Virus record (IMG/VR): IMGVR_UViG_3300020294_000012
Span: 1 to 37,278 of that record
Length of the DNA: 37,278 nucleotides
Strand: one strand, 5' to 3'
Source of the DNA: a virus
Lineage: Duplodnaviria; Caudoviricetes
Within the stretch, counting starts at the first letter, position 1. Each line of letters opens with the position of its first letter. Below, piece by piece: positions 1-9,300 of the stretch. The position numbers and the translations under genes were made by a program. Under the pieces are notes generated by a model, which worked only from the letters and a program-made list of their open reading frames with translations, was not told the DNA's origin and ran no database searches.

Positions 1-110
1 GTAATATCGGTCATTGTGTCCTTTCTTCGGACACAACCACCTTCGTTAACTTTCTGAACTTCTATTTCAGTGTTAAAGGTTTCATTTAAATCGTCATAAT
101 TATCTTTCAT
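1..110 (-). CDS. gp16: 5' part of probable terminase small subunit (gp16), truncated by window edge
   Basis: Hand-translated from ATG at 110: MKDNYDDLNETFNTEIEVQKVNEGGCVRRKDTMTDI..., open to the window edge. Position after gp13-gp14-gp15 matches T4 gene order, and the acidic N-terminus is typical of cyanophage gp16. Confidence 0.6.
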   Translation of the reverse strand, partial: MKDNYDDLNETFNTEIEVQKVNEGGCVRRKDTMTDI

Positions 111-114
111 AGTA

Positions 115-618
115 TTAACAATCCCAAGCCCTTAAGGACTTATTAATTCTTGAATCAGGATCTCTTGCTGTTTTGGCAGAAGTAAGTTTCTTCTTCATAC
201 CTTTCATACGAGCACAGAAAGACTTTCTACGCTTGTTGCCTTTTTTCTTACTTGGTGCTTTTAGATCTGAACCAGGATTTTCACGTTCATAGGACTTACG
301 ACCCTTTTCATTTAAACCACCTTTTTCATTTTTACCTGATTTTTTTGTCCAAGCAGCACCTTCTTCAACATTTAATGTTTTTGGATAATCTTTATCACCT
401 GGTTTTGCTGGTTTTTCACCACGCTTTCTTTTAGCATGGATATTATCCCAAAGACCCTTTTTCTTACCTTTTTTCTTACCTTCCTTTACACAATTAGGAA
501 CTTCCTTACCATCCTTATTCTTAGTTCCTTTTGCCTTATAACCATCCCAACATTTATCAGCACCAACATTTTTACGTGCTTGTTTTAGTCCTTCGGAAAA
601 TTCGTTGAATGTTTTCAT
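115..618 (-). CDS. Highly basic modular phage protein, probable capsid-internal protein (C-terminal part resembles DUF6321)
   Basis: 167 aa, very Lys-rich. N-terminus MKTFNEFSE resembles the T4 capsid-targeting leader MKTYQEFIAE. Modules: CWDGYKAKGTK..PNCVK, GLWDNIHAKRKRGE, and AWTKKSGKNEKGGLN...RRKSFCARM...SLRAWDC. Start overlaps the gp15 stop. Confidence 0.7.
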   Translation of the reverse strand: MKTFNEFSEGLKQARKNVGADKCWDGYKAKGTKNKDGKEVPNCVKEGKKKGKKKGLWDNIHAKRKRGEKPAKPGDKDYPKTLNVEEGAAWTKKSGKNEKGGLNEKGRKSYERENPGSDLKAPSKKKGNKRRKSFCARMKGMKKKLTSAKTARDPDSRINKSLRAWDC

Positions 619-1460
619 TAGATGTCTACTTTACGGGTGGGGCTGTAATCTTTAGAATTGTCGAAGAATTCTCTACTTTCGGTAAAACCGAAATCATCAC
701 CTGGTTCTATTAGCATGTTGTCAGCAGCATCAATAACCTGGTCATCATTGTAATCTTTTTTAGCAGTTGATTCTACTCTATACCGCATTTCACGATTAGC
801 AGTTCTCGTGTTAGTATCTGAATAGTAATCAACTTGAACCTTACGTATAAGTCCATCTGTAGTATCTGCGATAGGACCAAACATGTAGGTCTTTGCAGTA
901 AAACTTAACGTATATATTAAGGATCTTCTAGTATCAAAATTACCTTCATAGTCATCAGAATACTCTATACCATTTAAAATTAAAGGAATATCTCTCCTTT
1001 CTCCAATAGAATTAACTAGATCTACTGTTAATGTAAATCCTGGTTGAAAAAATGGTAATATTTGTTCTAATATCTGTAAGGAATCATCTTGTAATTTTGT
1101 AAGTATATTTAATTCAAACCCAATATTATAAGGAACGGGCATAAAAACTTTTTTAAATTTCTTACCGTCCTGTGCTTTAAATGTTTGAGTTATTCCAGAT
1201 TTTCTTGAAGGGTCATATGTAATTGATGACATTTCAAAAGACATTCTAGGCAAACTTATAGCAACTGCTTTATTAAGTTCTGGTTGTTGTTGTAGTCTTG
1301 CTAGAAATTTTTGTCTAGGACCATAAGCAATAGGAACCTTAGTATCAACAAGATCCTTGCCTTCATTATCCTGATGACGAACATGTATATCATTAAATAC
1401 TGTTCCAAAAGATATAACAGTTTTTCTCAGTATTTCGTGATAAAAATATGTACCAAACAT
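618..1460 (-). CDS. gp15: Tail sheath stabiliser / tail terminator protein gp15
   Basis: MFGTYFYHEILRKTVISFGTVFNDI, VPIAYGPRQKFLARL, LPRMSFEM and PVPYNIGFEL...QILEQILPFFQP are T4 gp15 family motifs. Follows gp14. Confidence 0.93.
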   Translation of the reverse strand: MFGTYFYHEILRKTVISFGTVFNDIHVRHQDNEGKDLVDTKVPIAYGPRQKFLARLQQQPELNKAVAISLPRMSFEMSSITYDPSRKSGITQTFKAQDGKKFKKVFMPVPYNIGFELNILTKLQDDSLQILEQILPFFQPGFTLTVDLVNSIGERRDIPLILNGIEYSDDYEGNFDTRRSLIYTLSFTAKTYMFGPIADTTDGLIRKVQVDYYSDTNTRTANREMRYRVESTAKKDYNDDQVIDAADNMLIEPGDDFGFTESREFFDNSKDYSPTRKVDI

Positions 1461-2869
1461 TAAACTACACCAAAGGGATTAGATTCTGTAAAATCAATGA
1501 TTTGATCAGCTTGAAATTCAAACTCACCACCATCACTATATTTATCATTAGCATCATCAGAATTATATGAAGCAGTCGCATATTTTGCTCCAGATATCTG
1601 ACCCACAATTTCTTCACCACCAAAGAATCCTGCTACAGTCGATCCAATTCCAACATTTGTAACCAAAAGTACCTTAGTATCAACATCCCAAGACCTAACA
1701 GTTGCAGTTGTTCCTGATCTAGAACCCTTGACAATTTCATTGTATTGATATGTCCCTACACCAACCATAGATTCTGGATCAGCAATAGTCACTGTTGGTG
1801 ATGAAGTATATCCTTTACCTGGATTATCTACATAAACAAATTTAACAACTCTATTCTGACCACTAACTCCAACCGATGTTATACCAGTTGCTCTGGTTCC
1901 AGATCCAGGTGCTTCAACAGTAACTGTAGGTGCTGTTCCATATCCAACACCACCATCTATAACATTAATTCTAACAACTCCATTAAATCCAGGTTGAATA
2001 GAACAAGTTGCTGCTGCCCCAGTTCCACCACCACCACTAAAACTAATAGTAGGTGGAGTAACATAACCAGAACCAGCATTTAATACTAAAATCTTTTCTA
2101 TAGAAGTGACATTTGCTCTGGTTGTCATGATACCAATTGCTTTAGTGGTATCATTAGCAGGTGAATCACTAAAGGTTATAGTTGGTGCTGAAGTAAATCC
2201 TGATCCATCATTATTCAAGAATATTTCACTAACGTAACCACTACCTAATGATGCGGTTGCTAATGCAGTCCGACCCAAACCAACTAATTTTAATGTTGTT
2301 ATATAACCTTCATCCTTAACTTGAGTATCAATTGCTTCTATAGAAGTATCAATAACTTCATCTTCAAGTTCAAAGAGTTCACATTTAAGTTGATAAACAT
2401 AATTCTTACCTAATTGGTAAAATGGATCTTCATGTTCTACAAACTTTATTTCAAATAATCTTTGACCTAAAGGAAAATAAACTAAATCACCTTCTCTTGG
2501 TCTGGATGATAATATTATCTCACTCTCATCAGTTCCATCATCCAAACCTGCCATAAATGGTGAGATAAAATCCTCAAATCTTTCTTTAGATATTGTAAGT
2601 GTGACTTCATCACGAATATTCATACCAAATTTAGTTAATACATCACCAGCACCAGAATAACCTTCATACGTATTTACATATGCTTCTATACTAAAATTAT
2701 CATCATACTTGGAAGATTCTATTTCATTCCAAACATTATCAGTACCTATAACTTTTCTTGGAATATAAGTTACTTCAACACCATACATCTTAAGGTGTTC
2801 GTTTATTAAATCTTGTGTTAGTCTCTGCTCAGAAGAAGCACCTTGTAAAAAGAATGGATTTAATGCCAT
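1460..2869 (-). CDS. gp14: Neck protein gp14 with Gly-rich repeat insertion
   Basis: N-terminal gp14 motifs EQRLTQDLINEHLKMYGVEVTYIPR and RPREGDLVYFPLGQRLFEIKFVEHEDPFYQLGK, and C-terminal DFTESNPFG. Lies between gp13 and gp15. Confidence 0.92.
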   Translation of the reverse strand: MALNPFFLQGASSEQRLTQDLINEHLKMYGVEVTYIPRKVIGTDNVWNEIESSKYDDNFSIEAYVNTYEGYSGAGDVLTKFGMNIRDEVTLTISKERFEDFISPFMAGLDDGTDESEIILSSRPREGDLVYFPLGQRLFEIKFVEHEDPFYQLGKNYVYQLKCELFELEDEVIDTSIEAIDTQVKDEGYITTLKLVGLGRTALATASLGSGYVSEIFLNNDGSGFTSAPTITFSDSPANDTTKAIGIMTTRANVTSIEKILVLNAGSGYVTPPTISFSGGGGTGAAATCSIQPGFNGVVRINVIDGGVGYGTAPTVTVEAPGSGTRATGITSVGVSGQNRVVKFVYVDNPGKGYTSSPTVTIADPESMVGVGTYQYNEIVKGSRSGTTATVRSWDVDTKVLLVTNVGIGSTVAGFFGGEEIVGQISGAKYATASYNSDDANDKYSDGGEFEFQADQIIDFTESNPFGVV

Positions 2870-2875
2870 GTTTCA

Positions 2876-3721
2876 TTAACCCACAAAGTCATATGGTGGC
2901 AATTCATATTCATTAGCCATTCTTGATCTGAGAGATTCTATCTCCCTTTCAGCATCATCATAAATCTCCCTACCGTTCATTTCTATTCCACCTGGTAACT
3001 TAACTCCTTTAAATTTAATTAAATTTTGCCCCCATTGTCTCTTTATTAGAGCAGTGAGATACAATTTGAGAAAAGGATCATTATAAACTTGAGTAAATGA
3101 TGTTGGATCTAATGCTCTATAACAATCAAGAACTAACCAATTACCAACAGTTTCAGCACCCCAGTCAATATCCAAATATAATCTATCTTGTCTCTTATTA
3201 AATCTTACTTGCTTATCAGTTGTAAGTAAAAAATCAATATCCTCAAGATATGATTTAGTCATTGCATACTGTAATAAGTTAACAGAATTAAACTGATAAA
3301 GATCATTTAAAAATAACTGATATTTGATACTAAACATTCCACCTGATATGGTGCTACTATCAAACTTAAATATCTTTTCTATTCCAACTACAGAATCAGG
3401 AACCTGTAAAAAATTAGATGTTTCGTACCAGTTATTTGTTGTAGTTCCATATCCACTAATACTTGTAGAAGTAGCAGATGTGGTTACAATACCAACTCCA
3501 TCAGTATTTTTTGCTTGACCACGATCAAGATCTTCTTGAGTAAGTTTATACTTAAGATACATTCTTTCAACACCGTCAAAATGACGTTCGTTGAATAATT
3601 GAATAGCATCATCAACTAAATCATCTATTTGGTCATCAGCAACGTTAATTTCCAATACAGGAGCACCTAGCTTTCTCAAGCAATAATCAATAAGTCCTTG
3701 TCTGGTTGATGGTTTCGCCAT
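2876..3721 (-). CDS. gp13: Neck protein gp13
   Basis: LIDYCLRKLGAPVLEINVADDQIDD...HFDG and ALIKRQWGQNLIKFKGVKLPGGIEMNG are T4 gp13 signatures. Confidence 0.95.
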   Translation of the reverse strand: MAKPSTRQGLIDYCLRKLGAPVLEINVADDQIDDLVDDAIQLFNERHFDGVERMYLKYKLTQEDLDRGQAKNTDGVGIVTTSATSTSISGYGTTTNNWYETSNFLQVPDSVVGIEKIFKFDSSTISGGMFSIKYQLFLNDLYQFNSVNLLQYAMTKSYLEDIDFLLTTDKQVRFNKRQDRLYLDIDWGAETVGNWLVLDCYRALDPTSFTQVYNDPFLKLYLTALIKRQWGQNLIKFKGVKLPGGIEMNGREIYDDAEREIESLRSRMANEYELPPYDFVG

Positions 3722-3973
3722 TTATCTTGATGCTATATTGCCTGTGGGTTTTGGTTTCGTAATTTTTTCAGTTTTATTTTTATTACTAACCTGTTCTTTC
3801 AATTCTAATATTTGCTGTAGCAAATCCATTTTGTCTTTTTCAAAATCATTTTTCATTGTTTCAATTTTTGCTTCTAAAAGAACATTTTGATTTAATGTAT
3901 TAGAAAGTCTTTGATGATATAAATTCACTAAAACATTAACGTCAACGTCACTTCCATTATTTGGTTGTTGCAT
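3722..3973 (-). CDS. Small coiled-coil hypothetical protein
   Basis: 83 aa with heptad-like LSNTLNQNVLLEAKIETMK..LLQQILELKEQV. Tightly packed between the fibre gene and gp13. Confidence 0.7.
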   Translation of the reverse strand: MQQPNNGSDVDVNVLVNLYHQRLSNTLNQNVLLEAKIETMKNDFEKDKMDLLQQILELKEQVSNKNKTEKITKPKPTGNIASR

Positions 3974-3981
3974 AATTTAAC

Positions 3982-5553
3982 TCAGAATGTACCCCCGTCT
4001 AGTGTTGAAGTCCAACTAGGCTTATTAGTATATATCACATTAACAGCAGATGCTGTTACGGATAAGTTTTCAACTGCACCATTATTACCTTCTCTTCTTA
4101 AATTGTTAGTAGTATCGAATGTACCTTCAACACCAATTAAACTTATTAAACCTCCAGTTCCACCAGCTTCAACAACACCATAAGCCGCAGTGCTATCTTG
4201 TCTAATAACATCACCAGCAGTAACAGTTATACTGCCAGATAAAGAAAGAGTATTTTTAGTAATAGCAGTTAATATTTGTTTTGATGTATTAACTGGAGAT
4301 GCTACAGCATTAGTTGATGTCTGTAATCCATCTTCATCAAAATATACAACACCATGAGTATTGTAATCACCAGTTTGATAGTAGATACCTTTAATATCAA
4401 GGAATCCTCTAGTTCCAGTTACTAAAGCATTGGCAGTACTAGCGTCAGGAATATAAGTCCATGCTCTTGATGTAGCACTACTATTTGGATTAGTTTGGTC
4501 AATATAACCAAAGAATCCTAACTTATTATTACCAGCACCACTACTTGTATTATATCCGAAAGAAATACCACGATCAGTATTTGTATCGTATGCGTGAGTA
4601 ATAGTTAATTGTGTAGTGGTAGTAATACCTGGAGCACCAATAGTTTGATCAACAGTAATAATTCTCTTTGATTCGTCATATGAAGTAACAGTTGCTACGC
4701 CAGATGCTGATAAAGCAGAACTTGATCCAACAACATCACCCGTATTAATACCAATAACAGAATCTAGAGTAATTGTACTAATACCAGCAACAACAGGTTG
4801 CATTACTGTTCTTTCACTGGTTAAATCACCCAAGTGTAAAATTGGATCATTTAATGTTGATGTTGTAGAGTTTACAGATGTTGTTGTTCCATCTACTTGT
4901 AAACTACCTTTAATAACAACAGTACCTTCATTACTTAATCCATCTGGATATGGGTCAATAAACAGAAGATCTCCACATCCTGCTTCAGTTTCAATAACAT
5001 TAGAACTTATCCCAACACATCCAAACTTACCTTTACCAGTAACTTTAACACTAGTATCAAACTCCCATGAAGCACCAGTTACCTTTACACTATCATCCCC
5101 ATTCTCATCATATTCTATTTTGGCATCTTTATCAGTACCAAATGATAAGAAAGTATCATCTACAACATTAACATGACCATTACCATTAGTATCGAATATA
5201 ACATCACCATCCACATTAGTAGATGATATTGTATTCAGATCCAGTCTAAGATTATCTACATTCCACTGGTCAACCTTTCTTTGGTTGTCCATGACGGCAA
5301 CTATACCACCATCACTATTTCTTGTATTCTGAACACCAGCAACAGAACCTGCTGCATGTTCCATCATAGAGGTGTAAAACTGACCACCTATTGAATGTAC
5401 ATTATTACCATCATCGCCAATGTATATTCTATCTTTATACTGATTTATACCACCGTAACTACCAATACCTGTCACATAGGCCATTTCACCCCAATTGAGG
5501 CTGGCAGGTTTATCGGTTCCAGAGGATCGTTTGATCCTGATAATACTAGCCAT
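3982..5553 (-). CDS. Virion fibre-like structural protein in the position of T4 wac (fibritin)
   Basis: 523 aa. N-terminus MASIIRIKRSSGT...LNWGEMAY is typical of phage fibre N-termini. Gly/Thr/Val-rich beta-type body with GSLQVDGTTTSVNST. C-terminal LDGGTF. Upstream of the neck genes. Confidence 0.7.
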   Translation of the reverse strand: MASIIRIKRSSGTDKPASLNWGEMAYVTGIGSYGGINQYKDRIYIGDDGNNVHSIGGQFYTSMMEHAAGSVAGVQNTRNSDGGIVAVMDNQRKVDQWNVDNLRLDLNTISSTNVDGDVIFDTNGNGHVNVVDDTFLSFGTDKDAKIEYDENGDDSVKVTGASWEFDTSVKVTGKGKFGCVGISSNVIETEAGCGDLLFIDPYPDGLSNEGTVVIKGSLQVDGTTTSVNSTTSTLNDPILHLGDLTSERTVMQPVVAGISTITLDSVIGINTGDVVGSSSALSASGVATVTSYDESKRIITVDQTIGAPGITTTTQLTITHAYDTNTDRGISFGYNTSSGAGNNKLGFFGYIDQTNPNSSATSRAWTYIPDASTANALVTGTRGFLDIKGIYYQTGDYNTHGVVYFDEDGLQTSTNAVASPVNTSKQILTAITKNTLSLSGSITVTAGDVIRQDSTAAYGVVEAGGTGGLISLIGVEGTFDTTNNLRREGNNGAVENLSVTASAVNVIYTNKPSWTSTLDGGTF

Positions 5554-5781
5554 TTAGAAATTTCCCCCGTTAATGTTTAAATTTTGTTCCGTTCCAGGTG
5601 TTAATTCATTAGTAGCATCCCATTTTTGAGTTGCAGCATTATAAACTAAGACCATTCCATTTAACAGAGTCGAAGCACTGACATCGCTGAGTTCAGCAAG
5701 AGATAATCCCTGAGCACCAGCAAGTGAGGAAACAACCTTCACAGCATTATGTTGCCCAACTCTTACCTTGATGTCTGCCAT
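5554..5781 (-). CDS. Small virion/fibre-associated protein
   Basis: 75 aa, LSDV...NGMVLVYNAATQKW fibre-type repeat and C-terminal INGGNF. Preceded by a late promoter. Confidence 0.65.
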   Translation of the reverse strand: MADIKVRVGQHNAVKVVSSLAGAQGLSLAELSDVSASTLLNGMVLVYNAATQKWDATNELTPGTEQNLNINGGNF

Positions 5782-5810
5782 TTATGTAACCAATTCAGAA
5801 TCTATATATT

Positions 5811-5818
5811 TATTTATA
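5811..5818 (-). promoter_or_regulatory. T4-type late promoter TATAAATA
   Basis: Plus strand TATTTATA at 5811-5818 reads TATAAATA on the minus strand, about 30 bp upstream of the ATG at 5781. Confidence 0.75.
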
Positions 5819-5823
5819 TGTTT

Positions 5824-6024
5824 CTATGTTATCTGCTTAGTTAAATTTTTAAGTAGTTGTTTGATTTCATTAATATCTTCCTTCATTTTATCCAATTCTG
5901 CTCGTTCATCACTCTTTTTATTTCTAGCAGAAACATAAGAACTATAAGCATTATTATCAACGCTTAATATAGCACCTGTATTTTCATCACGAAATAGGTT
6001 TTTATGACCTTCAACTGGTATCAT
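5824..6024 (-). CDS. Conserved small phage protein with C-terminal coiled coil
   Basis: 66 aa, MIPVEGHKNLFRDENTGAIL...ELDKMKEDINEIKQLL. ATGA overlap with the upstream stop. Confidence 0.75.
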   Translation of the reverse strand: MIPVEGHKNLFRDENTGAILSVDNNAYSSYVSARNKKSDERAELDKMKEDINEIKQLLKNLTKQIT

Positions 6025-6287
6025 ACTTTTGGTTCTTTAGATTTAACTGGATTTGTTATCTTTTTATATTCGCCATTTATCTTACCGTTATATTTATTGA
6101 GATCAGATTTCTTCAAATCTCCATTATATTTTGACTTTTTAAATAATTCTCTTGTCGTTTTAAAATACCATTCACCACTAGAATCAGTATACCCACCTTT
6201 ACCTTTAAGTCTAGTTGCCCATCCACTATCACCTAACTTTTTTATAGCATTAGCAGCTTCGTTTAAAAAATTTTTAAATGACTTCAA
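6021..6287 (-). CDS. Basic hypothetical protein with capsid-targeting-like leader
   Basis: 88 aa, MKSFKNFLNEA leader, Lys-rich, own late-promoter-like ATAAATA at 6315-6321. Confidence 0.6.
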   Translation of the reverse strand: MKSFKNFLNEAANAIKKLGDSGWATRLKGKGGYTDSSGEWYFKTTRELFKKSKYNGDLKKSDLNKYNGKINGEYKKITNPVKSKEPKV

Positions 6288-6314
6288 GATATACCTATAA
6301 GCAATACTTATAAG

Positions 6315-6321
6315 TATTTAT
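6315..6321 (-). promoter_or_regulatory. Late-promoter-like ATAAATA
   Basis: Plus strand TATTTAT at 6315-6321, in the 40-bp gap upstream of the ORF starting at 6287. Confidence 0.55.
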
Positions 6322-6327
6322 CAATTG

Positions 6328-9300
6328 TTACGCTAAAGCAATTGCTCTAAAGTCTTTAAGTCTAATAGGAACACATTCGTTAGTAGATGTCATTACAATC
6401 TTAATTGTAAATCCACTAAACTGTTCTAAATCATTAGCAGTAAATTGATATTCAGAAAAATCATCTTGACCATTCTTTTTAACTAAAGCATCTGACCTAC
6501 CATCATTTAATCCAAGATCAATAATTTGATCACCATAACCATCACCATCAGTATCAATTAGATTTTTATATCCAGGAAATGCTCTGTATGTTGATGATAC
6601 TTCACTTGAATCCGCAGTAAATAATCTATAATAAACTCTGAAATCTGCTTGTGGTCTAACATTGGCAGCAACAAATACCTTAATTGAAGTTGCTGGTTGC
6701 TTTAAGTTAACTTTCTTAGAAATAAACATTGAACCATGTGGATCTCCAATTATTCCATTTGTTTGATCATCAGAGGCATAGTTATCTGCACCTATTGGAT
6801 CATTTATCTTATTTCTTCCTAAAACAAACGTAGCATTTTGTACATCTAACACAGGAGATAAATTTTTATCATTTGAAGTCATATCAACTTTCAATGAAAG
6901 AGATTTACTCTTAGGTAAAGTTTCTAATCTTTCAGATTCATTAATTTTAGAAGCAGATAATCTAGGAGTTGGGAAGAATGTAGTTTCATTTAAAATTGTA
7001 GGTTCAAATCCTTGATCAATAAATGATACCTCATTTCCATTAGCACTTGTTCCACTTACTGTTCTAAAGGAAGAATTAACACGAGTTATACCAGGTGTAA
7101 TCACATTAAACTTAGCAGAAGCATTACTAAACTGATGGTTTTGTGATATACCAACATTAGGTCCACCAACTGCTTTTTCATCAGTAAAGTTTAATTGATT
7201 TTTTCCTGCTAGTCGATTACCAGTACCTCTACTGATTTCTAAGAAATAATTATCAATATTAGTACTATTTCTTAAAGTCTGATTTGATGGTATATCGTGA
7301 GTAGTATTAATCTTAACCAAAGGCATACCATTAATTTCATATGTCTGAATACTATCTCCATCTGAATGAGAAAGAGCAGTTGATCCTTCAGCACCTCTAG
7401 CAGAGAAACTTAATTTATCAACACCGATAAGATAAGAAACAATTTCTCCATTTATAAGTGCTTCGCCTCTATCTGTAGTAATACCAGCAAATTTAGAGAA
7501 TGATGAGGTACTAGCAACGGCAACTTCTGTACCAGTTGCTGATAAATCCGCAGTAATAGTTGTCTTAACAGTATCGGGTTCAACATTTGTAATTCTAACT
7601 TTATTATTAGAACCATGATGACCATGATTGTACTGGATAACTTCTATTACATTTCCTGAGTTAATATCATCTGTGACAACAGAATCAGATGTAACTTTAG
7701 CACTATTTCCTAAAAGTGTTCTAGTATCATTCGCTGCCCCATAATGAATAATAGTGTCATTAGTAACAAATTTTTCACCTTGTACATCTGTAAGGAATAG
7801 TGTGTCAAGATCATCCTTAATATCTGTTACTACAAATCTAGCACCATTTCCTTTTTCCAGTGATTGACCAGCAGATAGAACATTATCAACAGTTAATATT
7901 TCACCAACAACAAATCCAGATCCACCAGCAGTTACAACACTAACTGCTGTAACTTTTCCAGTTGTATTATTTACAGCAAAAGTTGCTCTAGCACCAGTTC
8001 CGCTACCAGTGACTGAAGTTAAATATCCTGCAGTAATATTACCAGTACCACCATCTCTAAAATAACCAGATCCACCAGATAATAATTTTAATCCTATAGG
8101 GCTGGCCATAATTGGAGCACCTCTATCTTCAATTACACCTGTGATACTATTATCTTCCTCGTCAGTAATTAAACCACTACTAATTTTTCTACCTATTGGT
8201 AAAAGTGCTGATTCGGTTTCAGTAATATTTCCAACACCAAATTTTAATTTTCTTGGTAAAGTTCTAATAGGATTGGTATGTAAACTAGAAGTATTAATAT
8301 TACCAGGTTCAATTGGTGTGTTATAAAATGTTGTAGTTCCTGATGGTACAAATTCTGCTTTTCTAAGAGTAAACTTAAGGTCTTGATATTGGCTTGGTGT
8401 CCAAATTGTACCATTTTGAGATTTGAATAAACTACCACCAATATATTGTTTAGTAACAACACCAAACTGAGAATCACTTGTACTTGCAGGTAATCCACTA
8501 GGAGGAGTAACACTCTTTTGACCCATAGTAGCAACCCACATCTCATATTCATCAGATCCAGGTGATAAGAATACAAGAGCATATTCCTTACCAGATTCTA
8601 AGTAAACTGGTGATGGGAATTTAACAGTAGTTGCTACAGTAGCATCAACTGAAGTATTAATATTATTTGGATTTAATGAAGTCTGAGCAAAATCTTGAAC
8701 AAGGAAACTTGTAGGTGTTCCTAATTCAACTTCTCTAAGTTCAATAAAAACTTTAGCATTTGGGTCTTTCTTAAAGAAATAAACGTCAAATGAAGTTAAG
8801 AATGCCCCAGTTTCATCCACAGTAAATGTCTGTGCCAAAGGATCCCTGTAAGGTGCTTCTACTCTTACTGTAGATGATTCCTGGTTTATGTTAATAGTAG
8901 TTGTAGTTTCATTTGGTTTCTGTGCTGGTGGGGGTGGATTTCTAACTCCAACTGTACTTGTGGTCTGAGTTAAAATAGTACCTGTTCCACTAAATGTTCC
9001 TGTAGCATCACTAGCAAGAGCAGTACTTCCTGGTGGTACAAATTCCCCAGTAGTATTAGCAGTTATTCTAAATGTCTTTCTTCCAGTATAGAATAATACA
9101 GATGGTGGTGGTGTTACATGTGGATCTCTAAAGAAGAATGCTCCTAAAACATCACCCCAATTATCAGACATTAAATCTACATTGGTTACAGTAGCTTCAG
9201 TTCCAGTCTCTTCTCCAATTAATTTTGCACCCTTAACAACATAACCAAAATAATTTGATCCATTTGCCAAAGCACTAACATCACAGTTAAACAATAATGA

